Source: Anaeromyxobacter sp. (lineage in GTDB: Bacteria > Myxococcota > Myxococcia > Myxococcales > Anaeromyxobacteraceae). Taken from it: a DNA stretch of 64,000 nucleotides. The position numbers were made by a program, and so were the translations under genes. The notes under the pieces are model-generated. The model made no database searches and was not told the origin of the DNA. It worked only from the letters and a program-made list of their open reading frames with translations. The stretch is taken from the NCBI GenBank assembly GCA_036394835.1, contig DASWEI010000098.1:486-64485 (forward strand). The letters run 5' to 3'. Shown one piece after another: positions 9,205 to 17,710 of the stretch (position 1 is the first letter of the stretch; each line of letters starts with the position of its first letter).

Positions 9205-10001
9205 GCGCCGGCCTCCGCGGCGATCGCCCGCGACGGCCGGAGCGCCCGGGCCACGACGGCGAGCGTGGCGGCGCTCACGGCGCTGCTCGCGAGGGCGAGC
9301 GAGAGATCGCCGATCGCCACCGTGACGGCGAGCATGAACGCCAGCACGCCGGCGTACGCGCCGACGGCGGCCAAGGCGAGCCGCCGCGGCGCGGGCCGCC
9401 ACGGGCCGCGGCACCACGGGAGCCACTCGAGGCAGCGCTGAAACAGCCACTGCGACGCGACCCCGACCGCGAACCAGCCGGCGAAGTTCGCGGCGGTCAC
9501 CCCGAACCAGAAGCCCTCGCCGGGGTACGCGTAGATCCGTCCCAGGAACCACTTCTCGCCCTGCAGCGTCACCGGGTCGATGACGACGTCGAGAAGCATC
9601 ATCAGGACTCCGCCGACGAGCGGGGTCGAGCGCGCGCGCAGGCCGGGCCAGGGGGTCTGCCGGAGCGCCGCGGGCGGCGAGCGGATCGCCGCGGCGAGGA
9701 CGAAGCTGAAGTACGAGAGGAACACGAAGGAGAGCGAGTCCCAGAACGGTACGTTCGAGATCCACAGCTCGCGCGCGCGGGTCGCGTCGAAGTACTCGTA
9801 GCGCCCGAACGGAAAGCCGTTGCGGGTCGAGCTGTACTCGGAGGCGAACGCGATGGCCCAGGTCGCCACGGCGAACGTGATCGTGCGCCGCGCGCCGAGG
9901 TGGCGAAGCGCGAACGCGAGGAAGCAGGCGAAAAACGCCCAGACGTAGGGACGGTGAATCACCGTGCCCCACAGAAGCCGCAGCGTCTCGGCGATCGGCA
10001 C
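9201..10001 (-). CDS. CruF/DUF422-family membrane protein (carotenoid 1,2-hydratase-like)
   Basis: SEYSSTRNGFPFGRYEY, SNVP, LLDVVIDPV, FGV..ANFAGWF; multiple TM helices. Confidence 0.85.
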   Translation of the reverse strand: MPIAETLRLLWGTVIHRPYVWAFFACFLAFALRHLGARRTITFAVATWAIAFASEYSSTRNGFPFGRYEYFDATRARELWISNVPFWDSLSFVFLSYFSFVLAAAIRSPPAALRQTPWPGLRARSTPLVGGVLMMLLDVVIDPVTLQGEKWFLGRIYAYPGEGFWFGVTAANFAGWFAVGVASQWLFQRCLEWLPWCRGPWRPAPRRLALAAVGAYAGVLAFMLAVTVAIGDLSLALASSAVSAATLAVVARALRPSRAIAAEAGA

Positions 10002-10004
10002 GCG

Positions 10005-11987
10005 CTACCCCGCCGCCGCAGCGCAGAACCGGCCGAGCGCCATGAGCGGAAAGTAATGACGGTAGAGATGGTACCGGATGTAGAAGTGGCGCGGGAACCC
10101 GGTCCCGGTGAACTCCTCCTCCTGCCACGAGCCCGCGGCCGGCCCCGCCTCGAGCTGGCGCGCCACGAGCCAGGCAACGCCGCGCGCGACGGCTGGGTCA
10201 GAGGGTGGGCGGTAGGCGATGAGCGCCATGATGCCCCACGCGGTCTGAGAGGCGGTCGAAGGGCCCTCTCCCATGCGCGCGCGATCGGCGTACGACTCGA
10301 GCCCCTCTCCGAAGCCGCCGTCGTCGTTCTGGACCGACTCCAGCCAGTGGAGAGCGCGCGCGACCATCGGGTCCGACGCGGGGACGCCAGCGCGCGCGAG
10401 GCCGTTCAGCACGTTCGAGGTGCCGTAGACGTAGTTCACACCCCAGCGGCCGAACCAGCTCCCCTCCGGCTCCTGCGAGCGGCGCAGGTAGTCGAGGGCG
10501 CGCGCCACCGCATCGCCGCCCGTCTCGCCCGAGATCGCGAGCGCCTCGAGGACGCGCCCGGTCACGTCGGGACTCGAGGGGTCGCAGAGCGAATCCATGT
10601 CCGAGAACGGGATCTCGTTCAGGAACGTTCGGTCGTTGTCGACGTCGAACGCCGCCCAGCCGCCATCGCGGTTCTGCATGGATCGCAGCCAGGCGAGGGC
10701 GCGCGCGACGATCGCGCCGTCGCGCGCGCGCGGGTCCTGCTTCACGAGCCCGACGACGACCGCGGCCGTATCGTCGACGTCCGGGTACCACGTATTGGAA
10801 TACTCGAACGACCAGCCGCCAGGCGGGCCGCGGGGGTTGTAGACCTTCCAGTCGCCCCATTCCTGCGTGAGCTGCCGCGCCTCGACCCAGCGGCGCGCAG
10901 CCACGATGCGCGGATCGGCGGGGTCGGCGCCCGAGTCGAGGAGCGCGACGAGCGCCAGGATCGAGTCCCACACCGGCGATTGGCAGGCCTCGACCCGGAA
11001 TCCCTCGGCGTCGGAGATCGAGAACGCCTCGAGCGCCGCGAGCCCGCGCCGGACGGGGTCCGCGTCGAGCGCGTGCCCCTGGAGCACGAGCGCGAGCACG
11101 CCGTTCATCATGGGCGGGAAGATCCCGCCCCAGTCGCCGGTCGTCTCCTGGTGCGCGAGCACCCACGCCTCGCAGGCGCGCAGGGCGCGCGCCCGGAGGT
11201 GCCGCAGCGGCGCGACCCCGCGCACCGCGTCGTGGGCGCGGAGGAGGGCATCGCTCGCGTTGAAGAATGCCTTCCATCCCGGACCGTGCCGCCAGAGCGT
11301 CTCGCGCACCGACGGCCTGTAGGGAACGCGCTTCCGGGCGGGATCGAGCCAGAGAGCGTCGAGCCAGTCATTCTCGGCGGAGCGGCCGTTCGGGAGCGCG
11401 AACACCGGCCGGTGATGGAACACGATGAACAGCGGAACCATCGTGGAGCGCGCCCAGCTCGCCAGACGGTAGACGTTCACCGGTGCCGACGCCGGCAGGA
11501 AGATGATCTCCGGCGGGACCGCCGGCACCGCGTCCCAGGGGAACAGGCCGAACAGGGCGAGGTTGATGCGCGTGAACACCCGCACCCTGGCGAGTCCACC
11601 CGCGGCGCGGATGAAGGCTTCCGCGCGGCGGAGCCGCGAATCGCCCGGCTCGACGCCGAGCAGCCGCAGCGCGAGGTACGTCTCGGCCGTCGTCGAGACG
11701 TCGCCGGGCAGGTTCCAGGCGATCCCCCAGCTCCCGTCCGCCTTCTGGCGGCCGCAGAGGTAGTGGATGGTCTCGTCGCGCCGCGCGGCGGGGTCGAGCC
11801 CGAGCGCCTGCCGCAGCATCACGTACTCGGCGGTGACGCTGGTGTTCGACTCCAGCTCGCCGTGCCAGTGCTCCCCCCGGCGGACGCGGAAGAGGAACTC
11901 CCGGGCGGCCGCGGCGGCGTGGTCCGCTGCCTCGACGAGCGCGCCGTCCAGCCGCGCGGGCGCGGCAGCGCGCTCGGGTACCGTCAT
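10005..11987 (-). CDS. shc: Squalene-hopene cyclase
   Basis: Catalytic YPDVDDTA (DXDD), SPVWDS, QW repeats (QKADGSW, QNRDGGW, QEPEGSW, QNDDGGF), TGTGFPRHFY; ATG 11987 coupled to upstream stop. Confidence 0.97.
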   Translation of the reverse strand: MTVPERAAAPARLDGALVEAADHAAAAAREFLFRVRRGEHWHGELESNTSVTAEYVMLRQALGLDPAARRDETIHYLCGRQKADGSWGIAWNLPGDVSTTAETYLALRLLGVEPGDSRLRRAEAFIRAAGGLARVRVFTRINLALFGLFPWDAVPAVPPEIIFLPASAPVNVYRLASWARSTMVPLFIVFHHRPVFALPNGRSAENDWLDALWLDPARKRVPYRPSVRETLWRHGPGWKAFFNASDALLRAHDAVRGVAPLRHLRARALRACEAWVLAHQETTGDWGGIFPPMMNGVLALVLQGHALDADPVRRGLAALEAFSISDAEGFRVEACQSPVWDSILALVALLDSGADPADPRIVAARRWVEARQLTQEWGDWKVYNPRGPPGGWSFEYSNTWYPDVDDTAAVVVGLVKQDPRARDGAIVARALAWLRSMQNRDGGWAAFDVDNDRTFLNEIPFSDMDSLCDPSSPDVTGRVLEALAISGETGGDAVARALDYLRRSQEPEGSWFGRWGVNYVYGTSNVLNGLARAGVPASDPMVARALHWLESVQNDDGGFGEGLESYADRARMGEGPSTASQTAWGIMALIAYRPPSDPAVARGVAWLVARQLEAGPAAGSWQEEEFTGTGFPRHFYIRYHLYRHYFPLMALGRFCAAAAG

Positions 11988-12937
11988 GAGGGGCGCCCGG
12001 CTCGCGCGGGCGCATCGGGGCGAGCCGCGCCCGCGCGCCAGGCGTGCCACGCGGAGGCCGGGATCATCGCGAGCTTCTCCGGGAGAGAGAGCGAGGCGCG
12101 CCGGGTGATGACGTCGTGCCCGTTCGCGCGGATCTTGTCGAGGATGGCGCCGTACGCGTCGGCGGCGAACCGGAACGCGGCGCGCCCGCGCGCGGTGGTC
12201 ATGAGCGGGATGAGCTCGAGCCCCTCCGTGTAAAGTCGGCGGGCCCGCGTGATCTCGAACTCGATCAGGGCGTGGAAGGCGTCCTCGCCCGCGTGGCGCG
12301 GCAGGTCCTCCCGCGAGAGCCCGAACCGCGCCAGGTCCTCCTCGGGCAGGTAGACCATTCCGCGGGCGTGATCCTGTCCGACGTCCCGCAGGATGTTCGT
12401 GAGCTGCATGGCGGTGCCGAGCGTCTTCGCATGCTCGAGCGCGCGGGTGCCTTCTCGGTAGCCCGCGACCGGCGTGATCATGAGACCGACCGTCCCCGCC
12501 ACCCGGTAGCAGTAGAGGGCGAGGTCGCCGAACGTGCGGTAGCGGCAACCGTCGAGGTCCATCTCCAGGCCGCGCACCAGGTCATCGAAGGGCTCGAGGG
12601 GAATTCCGTACTTGCGGACGGCCTCGCCGAGGACGAGCCAGCGCGGCTCGACCGGCTCGCCGGCCACGGCACCCCGGAGCAAGGCGAGCATCCTGTGGAG
12701 CTCGTCCCGGATCTCCTGCGGGCGGGCATCCGGCGAGCGCTCGTCCACGAGATCGTCCGCGACGCGCGCGAAGCCGTAGAGCGCGGCGATGGCGTCTCCC
12801 CGCTCCGGGCCGAGGAGCTTCGCCATCACGTGGAACGTCTTGCCGTGCACCCGCAGGACCTCCCAGCATTGGGCGAGGCCCTCGGCGCGGGCGCGCCCGT
12901 TCGTGGACGTGGCGATGGTCCGTGCGTTCGTGCTCAT
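11984..12937 (-). CDS. Phytoene/squalene synthase family head-to-head prenyltransferase (CrtB/CrtM/HpnD-like)
   Basis: ARVADDLVD, YCYRVAGTVG, QLTNILRDVGQD, GMVYLPEEDL. Confidence 0.92.
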   Translation of the reverse strand: MSTNARTIATSTNGRARAEGLAQCWEVLRVHGKTFHVMAKLLGPERGDAIAALYGFARVADDLVDERSPDARPQEIRDELHRMLALLRGAVAGEPVEPRWLVLGEAVRKYGIPLEPFDDLVRGLEMDLDGCRYRTFGDLALYCYRVAGTVGLMITPVAGYREGTRALEHAKTLGTAMQLTNILRDVGQDHARGMVYLPEEDLARFGLSREDLPRHAGEDAFHALIEFEITRARRLYTEGLELIPLMTTARGRAAFRFAADAYGAILDKIRANGHDVITRRASLSLPEKLAMIPASAWHAWRAGAARPDAPARAGRPS

Positions 12938-14616
12938 GCGGCGCCCCCTCCTTCGCGTACGGCGTGGTCCAGCTCTGCGAGCTCCGGCGCGGCCTGGACG
13001 CCGTCACGTGCGCGGTGGCGCAGCCGCGCGTCGGCGCGCTGCGCAGCGATCTTCCCGGAGAGCGCGGCGGTGGGGACCGCACCCGGCCAGACGGTGAAGT
13101 GACCCGCGGCGTGGAGGTTCTCGAGCGGCGTTCCGGCGTTCCCGAGCGGGCGCAGAAACGGAAAGTTCCGCCAGTCGAGCGCGAACCCGCAGCTTCCCCC
13201 GAAGGAGTTCCGCGTGAACCGCACCGTCGAGGGTGGTGCGCCAACGTCCAGGAACACGACGCGGTCGCGCGCCCCCGGGACGAGCCCCTCGAAGACGGCG
13301 AGGAGGTCTTCCGCGACGCGCCGCTTGAGGCGGCGGTACTCCGGCGGCCGCGGCGGCGGCCGCCCCTCGCGGCCGGGGTCGCCGCTGAGGCCGGTGCCCC
13401 AGCCGTCCTGCCAGTCGTGGCGGGTGAACGCTTGCAGCACGACGGCGGACTGCCCCGGCGGCGCGAGCGACGGATCGAACATCCCGTGCGACGTCACCTC
13501 CAGGAACGCCCGGCGGTGCGCACCCGCGTCGTCGCCCAGCGCGGTCCGGCAGCCGGCGCTCGGGAAGTAGAAGACGTGCGAGGTCCCGAGCCGCTCGCGC
13601 AGCGCCTCGGGAGGGAGATCGAGGCCGAGATAGACGGAGACGAGCGCGTCGGCGTGGGCGGTGCGGTCGAACCGCTCGACCTGACGCGGCGCAAAGCGGT
13701 CCCGCCCCACGAGCGCGAGCGCCTGCCGCCAGTCGCCGGTGTAGACGACCTCGCGGGCCTGGAACCGCTCGCCGCGCTGCGTGGCCACCGCCTCGATGCG
13801 CCGCCCGCGCGCGTCGAGCGAGACCACGGTCCGCTTGAACAGGAACCTGACGCCGCGCGCCTCGAGCCGCGCCACCCAGCGCTGGAAGAACGCCTGCAGC
13901 CCGCCCTGCGGGTACCAGTAGTCGTGCGCCCACAGGTGCCAGAAGGCGGAGGCGGTGAAGACGTTCATGCGGCTGTAGCCGCACCGGGAGAGGAGGTCGC
14001 GCGCGGCGGATGGCGGGAGCTCGCGCTCGTACCAGCGGTCGAAGTCCTCGAGGAGCCAGGTGCGGAGGTCACGCAAGTGGGCGAGGAAGGCGCCCGGGGA
14101 GCGCGTCGCCGGCGCGAGCCCGCCGAGCGCCCAGCGCGGCAGCGATGGGGCGTCGCCGTCGCGGACGTACGGCACGCGCCCCGGCGCGAAGAGGCGCCCG
14201 ATGAGGTCGGAGGTGCGCTGGTGCAGGTCGAAGACGCGGCCGAGCGCGCCGGCCGACTCCGGGAAAGCGCGCTGGAACTCCGCCCCGATCTGCGGGATCG
14301 ACTCGACGGTCGCGTCGAGCCCGGGCATGACGAGCCGGTAGCGCGCCCGCCGGAACGTGGCGAGGTCCGAGAGGCCGTAGCCCTCGAGGAGCGGGAAGAG
14401 GATCCCCATGTCCTCGAAGGACTGGCAGCCGACGTCGAAGTGGAAGCCGCGCCGCCGCATGCCCGCCATCAGGCCCCCGGCCTGGTGGTTGTGCTCGAGC
14501 ACCAGCACCTCGCGCCCGCGCGCGGCGAGCTCGGTCGCGGCGACGAGGCCGGCAATGCCCGCTCCGACCACGATCGCGTCGGAGGGGCGGCTGGGGCGCG
14601 GGCTTCCTCCGCTCAC
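12934..14616 (-). CDS. CrtI/phytoene-desaturase-superfamily FAD-dependent oxidoreductase
   Basis: GAGIAGL...EHNHQAGG...FDVG Rossmann start, YPQGG, C-terminal ENLHAAGHFTVWPGAVP...SG. Confidence 0.85.
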   Translation of the reverse strand: MSGGSPRPSRPSDAIVVGAGIAGLVAATELAARGREVLVLEHNHQAGGLMAGMRRRGFHFDVGCQSFEDMGILFPLLEGYGLSDLATFRRARYRLVMPGLDATVESIPQIGAEFQRAFPESAGALGRVFDLHQRTSDLIGRLFAPGRVPYVRDGDAPSLPRWALGGLAPATRSPGAFLAHLRDLRTWLLEDFDRWYERELPPSAARDLLSRCGYSRMNVFTASAFWHLWAHDYWYPQGGLQAFFQRWVARLEARGVRFLFKRTVVSLDARGRRIEAVATQRGERFQAREVVYTGDWRQALALVGRDRFAPRQVERFDRTAHADALVSVYLGLDLPPEALRERLGTSHVFYFPSAGCRTALGDDAGAHRRAFLEVTSHGMFDPSLAPPGQSAVVLQAFTRHDWQDGWGTGLSGDPGREGRPPPRPPEYRRLKRRVAEDLLAVFEGLVPGARDRVVFLDVGAPPSTVRFTRNSFGGSCGFALDWRNFPFLRPLGNAGTPLENLHAAGHFTVWPGAVPTAALSGKIAAQRADARLRHRARDGVQAAPELAELDHAVREGGGAA

Positions 14617-15677
14617 CGGAGCTCCCCCTCCGGCTCGGCCGTGAGATCGCGCGCGTGCAGCAGCCGTCGCGTGCGCAGGTCGGCGACGGTCCTCGCGCCC
14701 GTGAGGAACATCGCGGTGCGCAACTCTGCGACGATCCGCGAGATCGCCTCGACCGCCTCGTCTACGGAGCGCTCGGCGGCGCGGAGGAGCGGGAGCGCGA
14801 TGGCCGCGGCGTCGGCGCCGAGCGCGATCGCCTTCGCGACCTCGATGCCGTTGCGGATCCCGCCGGAGGCGATCACCACCCGGTCCGGGAGGACGCGCCG
14901 GCAGATCGCGACGCTCTCCGCGGTGGGGATGCCCCAGCGCGTGAAGCGCTCACCCACCGCGCGCTTCACGGGGTCGGGCGTCCGCAGGCTCTCGATGCGC
15001 GACCAGGAGGTGCCGCCCACGCCGGCGGTCTCGACCCCGGCCACGGGGAGATCCCGGATCTTGACCGCGGTCGTCTCGGAGATCCCGGAGCCGACCTCCT
15101 TCAGCAGCACCGGGACGCCCAGCCCGGCGGCGACCGAGCGGAGCTTGGGCAGAAGCGCCGAGAAGCGGGTGTCTCCCCCGGGCTGAATCGCCTCCTGGAG
15201 CGGGTTGAGGTGCAGCGAGAGCGCGTCCGCGCCGACGTCGGCGACGAGGCGCTCGAGCTCGGGGAGGCCGACGCCGTAGTTGAGCTGAACCGCCCCGATG
15301 TTCCCGAAGACGAGGCGGAGGTCCGGCGCCCACTCCCGGACGGCGAAGGTCGAGCGCGTCGCCGTCTCCGCCAGCATCTTCCGCTGCGAGCCGAGCGCGA
15401 AGCCGATGCCGCAGCGGGCGGCGGCGAGCCCGAGGCGCCGGTTCATCTCCGCGGCGCGCGCCGTGCCGCCCGTCATCGCGCCGACCACGAGCGGCGCGGC
15501 GAGGCGCTTGCCGAGGAGCGTCGTCTCCGGGTCGACGTCATCGAGGTCCAGCTCGGGGAGGGCGTCGTGCTCGAGCCGGAGCGCGCCGAAGCCGGTCGCG
15601 TCTCCCTGCGGAAACTCGACCTGGCGCTCCAGCGCGAGGTCGAGGTGGCTGTCCTTGCGATCGACGTCGTGCGGCAT
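14613..15677 (-). CDS. fni: Type 2 isopentenyl-diphosphate delta-isomerase
   Basis: RKDSHL, AMTGG, GSQR, HLNPLQEAIQPGGD, KEVGSG, GGTSW, ASGGIRNG. Confidence 0.96.
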   Translation of the reverse strand: MPHDVDRKDSHLDLALERQVEFPQGDATGFGALRLEHDALPELDLDDVDPETTLLGKRLAAPLVVGAMTGGTARAAEMNRRLGLAAARCGIGFALGSQRKMLAETATRSTFAVREWAPDLRLVFGNIGAVQLNYGVGLPELERLVADVGADALSLHLNPLQEAIQPGGDTRFSALLPKLRSVAAGLGVPVLLKEVGSGISETTAVKIRDLPVAGVETAGVGGTSWSRIESLRTPDPVKRAVGERFTRWGIPTAESVAICRRVLPDRVVIASGGIRNGIEVAKAIALGADAAAIALPLLRAAERSVDEAVEAISRIVAELRTAMFLTGARTVADLRTRRLLHARDLTAEPEGELR

Positions 15678-15687
15678 CAGAGCTCCT

Positions 15688-16692
15688 TCAGAAGATCGAG
15701 CGGACCGAGCGGAAGGCGTTGCCGAGCGACGCCATGCCGTCCTCGACGGCGGTCGGCTCGTATCCGCAGTGCATCATGCAGTTGGCGCAGCGCGGATCGC
15801 GGCCGGGGCCGTAGCGATCCCAGTCCGTTGTCTCCATCAGCTCGCGGAACGTCGCGGCCTGGCCGTCAGAAAGAAGGTAGCAGGGGCGCTGCCAGCCGAG
15901 GACGCCATAGCTCGGGCTGCCCCACGGCGTGCACACGTAGTCCCGCCTGCCCATGAGGAAGTCGAGGTAGAGCGGGGAGTGGTTGAAGCGCCAGCCGCGC
16001 GACGCCGCGGGAGCGAGCACCTCGCGGAAGAGGGCGCGCGTCTGCTCGCGACGCAGGAAGTGGGCCTGGTCGGGCGCGTGCTCGTAGGCGTAGCCGGGAG
16101 CGATCATGATCCCGTCCACGCCGATCGCGGTCATCTCGTCGAAGAACCGGTGCAGCGCCTCCGGGTCGTGGCCGAGGAAGATGGTGCAGTTGATCGTGAC
16201 GCGGAAGCCCCGCGCCTTCGCAGCACGGATCGCCCCCACCGCGGTCCGGTGGACGCCCGCGCGCTGGACGGCGGCGTCGTGGTGACGCTCGTCGCCGTCG
16301 AGGTGCACGTTCAGGTTGAAGGCGTCGTCGGGCCGGAAGAGCGCGAGCTTGTCCTCGAGCAGGAGCCCGTTCGTGCAGAGGTAGACGATCCGGCGCCGAG
16401 CGAGGAGCCCCCGGACGATCTCGCCGATCCCGGGGTGGAGAAGCGGCTCGCCGCCGGCGATGCTCACCACCGGCGCGCCGCACTCCTCCGCCGCGGCGAG
16501 GCACTGCTCCGGCGAGAGCATGCGCCGGAGCGTCTCCGGCGGGTGCTGGATCTTCCCGCACCCGGCGCAGGCGAGGTTGCAGCGGTAGAGCGGCTCGAGC
16601 ATGAGGACGAGCGCGTAGCGTCTGCAGCGGCGGAGGCGCCGGCCGACGACGTACTTTCCGACCGTGACGGCCTGCTTCAGCGGGATGCCCAT
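15688..16692 (-). CDS. hpnH: Adenosyl-hopene transferase (radical SAM)
   Basis: LVLMLEPLYRCNLACAGCGKI, CTPWGSP, GWQRPCYL, RCANCMMHCGYEPTA. Confidence 0.95.
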   Translation of the reverse strand: MGIPLKQAVTVGKYVVGRRLRRCRRYALVLMLEPLYRCNLACAGCGKIQHPPETLRRMLSPEQCLAAAEECGAPVVSIAGGEPLLHPGIGEIVRGLLARRRIVYLCTNGLLLEDKLALFRPDDAFNLNVHLDGDERHHDAAVQRAGVHRTAVGAIRAAKARGFRVTINCTIFLGHDPEALHRFFDEMTAIGVDGIMIAPGYAYEHAPDQAHFLRREQTRALFREVLAPAASRGWRFNHSPLYLDFLMGRRDYVCTPWGSPSYGVLGWQRPCYLLSDGQAATFRELMETTDWDRYGPGRDPRCANCMMHCGYEPTAVEDGMASLGNAFRSVRSIF

Positions 16693-17705
16693 GCGGCGGT
16701 CCTCGGAGGCAGCTGGGGGAGGGTGCCGCGCGCGGCGAACCAGCGGAGCGCGTCCTCGAACGCCTCGCGGACGGGGGTCTGGGGGAGCCCGAGCTCCCGC
16801 ACCGCCTTCGAGGCATCGACGAACATCCGCCGGCGCGACATCCGGACGGCCTCGAGCGGGATCGCGGGCGGACGGTGCGTGACGAGGTTCGCCGCCGCGG
16901 TGCTGAGGGCGCCTGCCGCCCACGCGACGGCATAGGGCAGGCGGATGCGGGGGGCGGGGCGACCGAGCAGCTCCGCGAGCGTCTCGAGGATCTCGCGCAG
17001 CGTCATGTTGCGGTGGCCGAGCAGATAGCGCTCGCCGGCGCGCCCGCGCTCCGCCGCGAGCCAGTGCCCCTCCGCTACGTCGCGCACGTGGACCACGTTG
17101 AGGCCGGTGTCCACGAACGCCGGGAGCCTGCCGTGCGCGAAGTCGACCACGATCTTCCCGGTGGGCGTGGGCTTCGCGTCCCAGGGTCCGATGGGCGCGG
17201 TCGGGTTCACGATGACGACCGGCAGCCCCCGCGCGGCGTACGACAGCGCCACGCGCTCCGCGTCGAGCTTCGAGCGCTTGTAGTGGCCGCCGATCTGGCC
17301 GGGAGCGAGGGGCGTCGTCTCGTCGCAGGGGCTGGGCAGGGCGGAGAGCCCGATGGTCCCGACCGTCGAGGTGTGCACGACCCGCTCGACCCCGAGCGCG
17401 AGGCAGGCGTCGAGGACGTGGATCGTCCCGCGCACGTTCGTGTCGTGGAGCTCCCGCGGATTGGGCGTCCAGAGCCTGTAGTCGGCGCCGACGTGGAAGA
17501 CGCGCGCGCAGCCCGTGACGGCGCGGCGCACCGCGTCCGGGTCCCGCAGATCGCCCTCCGCGATCTCGACCGGAAGCTCCGCGAGGCTCCGCCGATCGGA
17601 CCCGGACCGGACGAAGGCGCGCACGTCCTCGCCGTGGGCCACGAGCGCCCGGACGACGTTGGCGCCGATGAAGCCGTTCGCGCCCGTGACGAGGACCTTG
17701 CGCAT
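16677..17705 (-). CDS. hpnA: Hopanoid-associated NAD-dependent epimerase/dehydratase
   Basis: VLVTGANGFIG, HVGADYRLW, YKRSK, VNPTAPIGPWDAKPTPTG. Confidence 0.92.
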   Translation of the reverse strand: MRKVLVTGANGFIGANVVRALVAHGEDVRAFVRSGSDRRSLAELPVEIAEGDLRDPDAVRRAVTGCARVFHVGADYRLWTPNPRELHDTNVRGTIHVLDACLALGVERVVHTSTVGTIGLSALPSPCDETTPLAPGQIGGHYKRSKLDAERVALSYAARGLPVVIVNPTAPIGPWDAKPTPTGKIVVDFAHGRLPAFVDTGLNVVHVRDVAEGHWLAAERGRAGERYLLGHRNMTLREILETLAELLGRPAPRIRLPYAVAWAAGALSTAAANLVTHRPPAIPLEAVRMSRRRMFVDASKAVRELGLPQTPVREAFEDALRWFAARGTLPQLPPRTAAWASR

Positions 17706-17710
17706 GTGCG

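Noticed and set aside
10005-11987. Oxidosqualene cyclase / sterol pathway, suggested by the Bst-like genes
   Set aside because: Active site is DVDD (SHC type), not VxDC; no squalene epoxidase in the window
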